NCBI GenBank assembly: GCA_041494685.1
Contig: JBGQBE010000031.1
Span: 1 to 35,476 of the forward strand
Direction of reading: 5' to 3'
From: Dehalococcoidia bacterium
GTDB lineage: Bacteria; Chloroflexota; Dehalococcoidia; DSTF01; JACRBR01
DNA: 35,476 nucleotides
The position numbers were made by a program, and so were the translations under genes. Of this stretch, positions 35,280 through 35,476 are shown piece after piece. The notes under the pieces were generated by a model, which worked only from the letters and a program-made list of their open reading frames with translations, searched no databases and was not told the DNA's origin. Each line of letters starts with the position of its first letter. Position 1 is the stretch's first letter.

Positions 35280-35302
35280 CCGTCCGCGCGATGTCCCGGG
35301 AA

Positions 35303-35340
35303 ACGAAGACAGGGCCTCGAACTCAAGGCCCTGTCTTCGT
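35303..35340. terminator. 15-bp perfect hairpin, probably a bidirectional terminator
   Basis: ACGAAGACAGGGCCT-cgaactca-AGGCCCTGTCTTCGT; 10 nt downstream of the CCA end on the minus strand. Confidence 0.75.
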
Positions 35341-35350
35341 ATCACTTGGA

Positions 35351-35364
35351 TGGTGGAGGCTAGC
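35351..35364 (-). tRNA. 3'-terminal fragment of tRNA-Ala (or tmRNA), cut off by an IS
   Basis: Minus strand GCT-AGCCTCC-A-CCA gives U70, A73 and CCA, followed by a terminator; only 14 nt visible. Confidence 0.5.
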
Positions 35365-35476
35365 TGTAGTTCCCACCAAGGTTGTTGACACAAAGAGAGT
35401 GCTCGAGTCGGCTGTGGGTGTTGAAAGCCTGCAGTCGAAAGGAGCACTCTCTTGGCACATGGTAACGCGCGGCTGA
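35365..35476 (+). mobile_element. IS481-family insertion sequence, left end (truncated by window)
   Basis: Begins TGTAGTTCCCACCAAGGTTGTTGACAC right after GCTAGC (NCTAGN target); lower GC; transposase-like start downstream. Confidence 0.8.
35452..35476 (+). CDS. IS481-family transposase, first 8 codons (partial)
   Basis: AAAGGAG SD, then TTG GCA CAT GGT AAC GCG CGG CTG = MAHGNARL, matching the M-x-H-x-N-A-R-L-T N-terminus of IS481-type transposases. Confidence 0.75.

Noticed and set aside
35120..35476. 118-aa ORF ending in TGA at the window end
   Set aside because: Crosses the terminator and the IS boundary; the real reading frame is the transposase start at 35452.

Overview
High-GC bacterial chromosomal window. 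The L19 sequence style, lipoprotein repertoire, LPXTG-type sorting signal and L,D-transpeptidase suggest a monoderm, most likely Chloroflexota/Dehalococcoidia-like (inference). The left third is accessory: an LPXTG/Ig surface protein, a Zn alcohol dehydrogenase, a GT-C glycosyltransferase, and a translationally coupled redox operon. That operon runs TAT 4x[4Fe-4S] protein, ActC/NrfD-like membrane subunit, Ig-like membrane protein, monoheme cytochrome c and an internally duplicated acidic helical lipoprotein, followed by an auracyanin-like cupredoxin. It looks like a stripped-down alternative complex III with no catalytic or multiheme subunit and sits opposite a NarL-type two-component system. 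Next come a chagasin-type inhibitor and an orphan TadE/TadG pair. The middle and right are mostly housekeeping or metabolic: rplS, priA, DUF302, rluD, lspA, a thioredoxin-like protein, S2P-CBS protease, MscS, PNPOx-like, MOSC, two acyl-CoA dehydrogenases, YceI, PIG-L deacetylase, two small ORFs, L,D-transpeptidase, degenerate HD-GYP, a deoxyhypusine-synthase-like gene and nhaA (apparent CTG start). The window ends in the left end of an IS481-family element inserted at GCTAGC inside the 3' end of a tRNA-Ala/tmRNA-like sequence. Many genes appear leaderless or short-leadered. No CRISPR array, rRNA or complete tRNA was seen.
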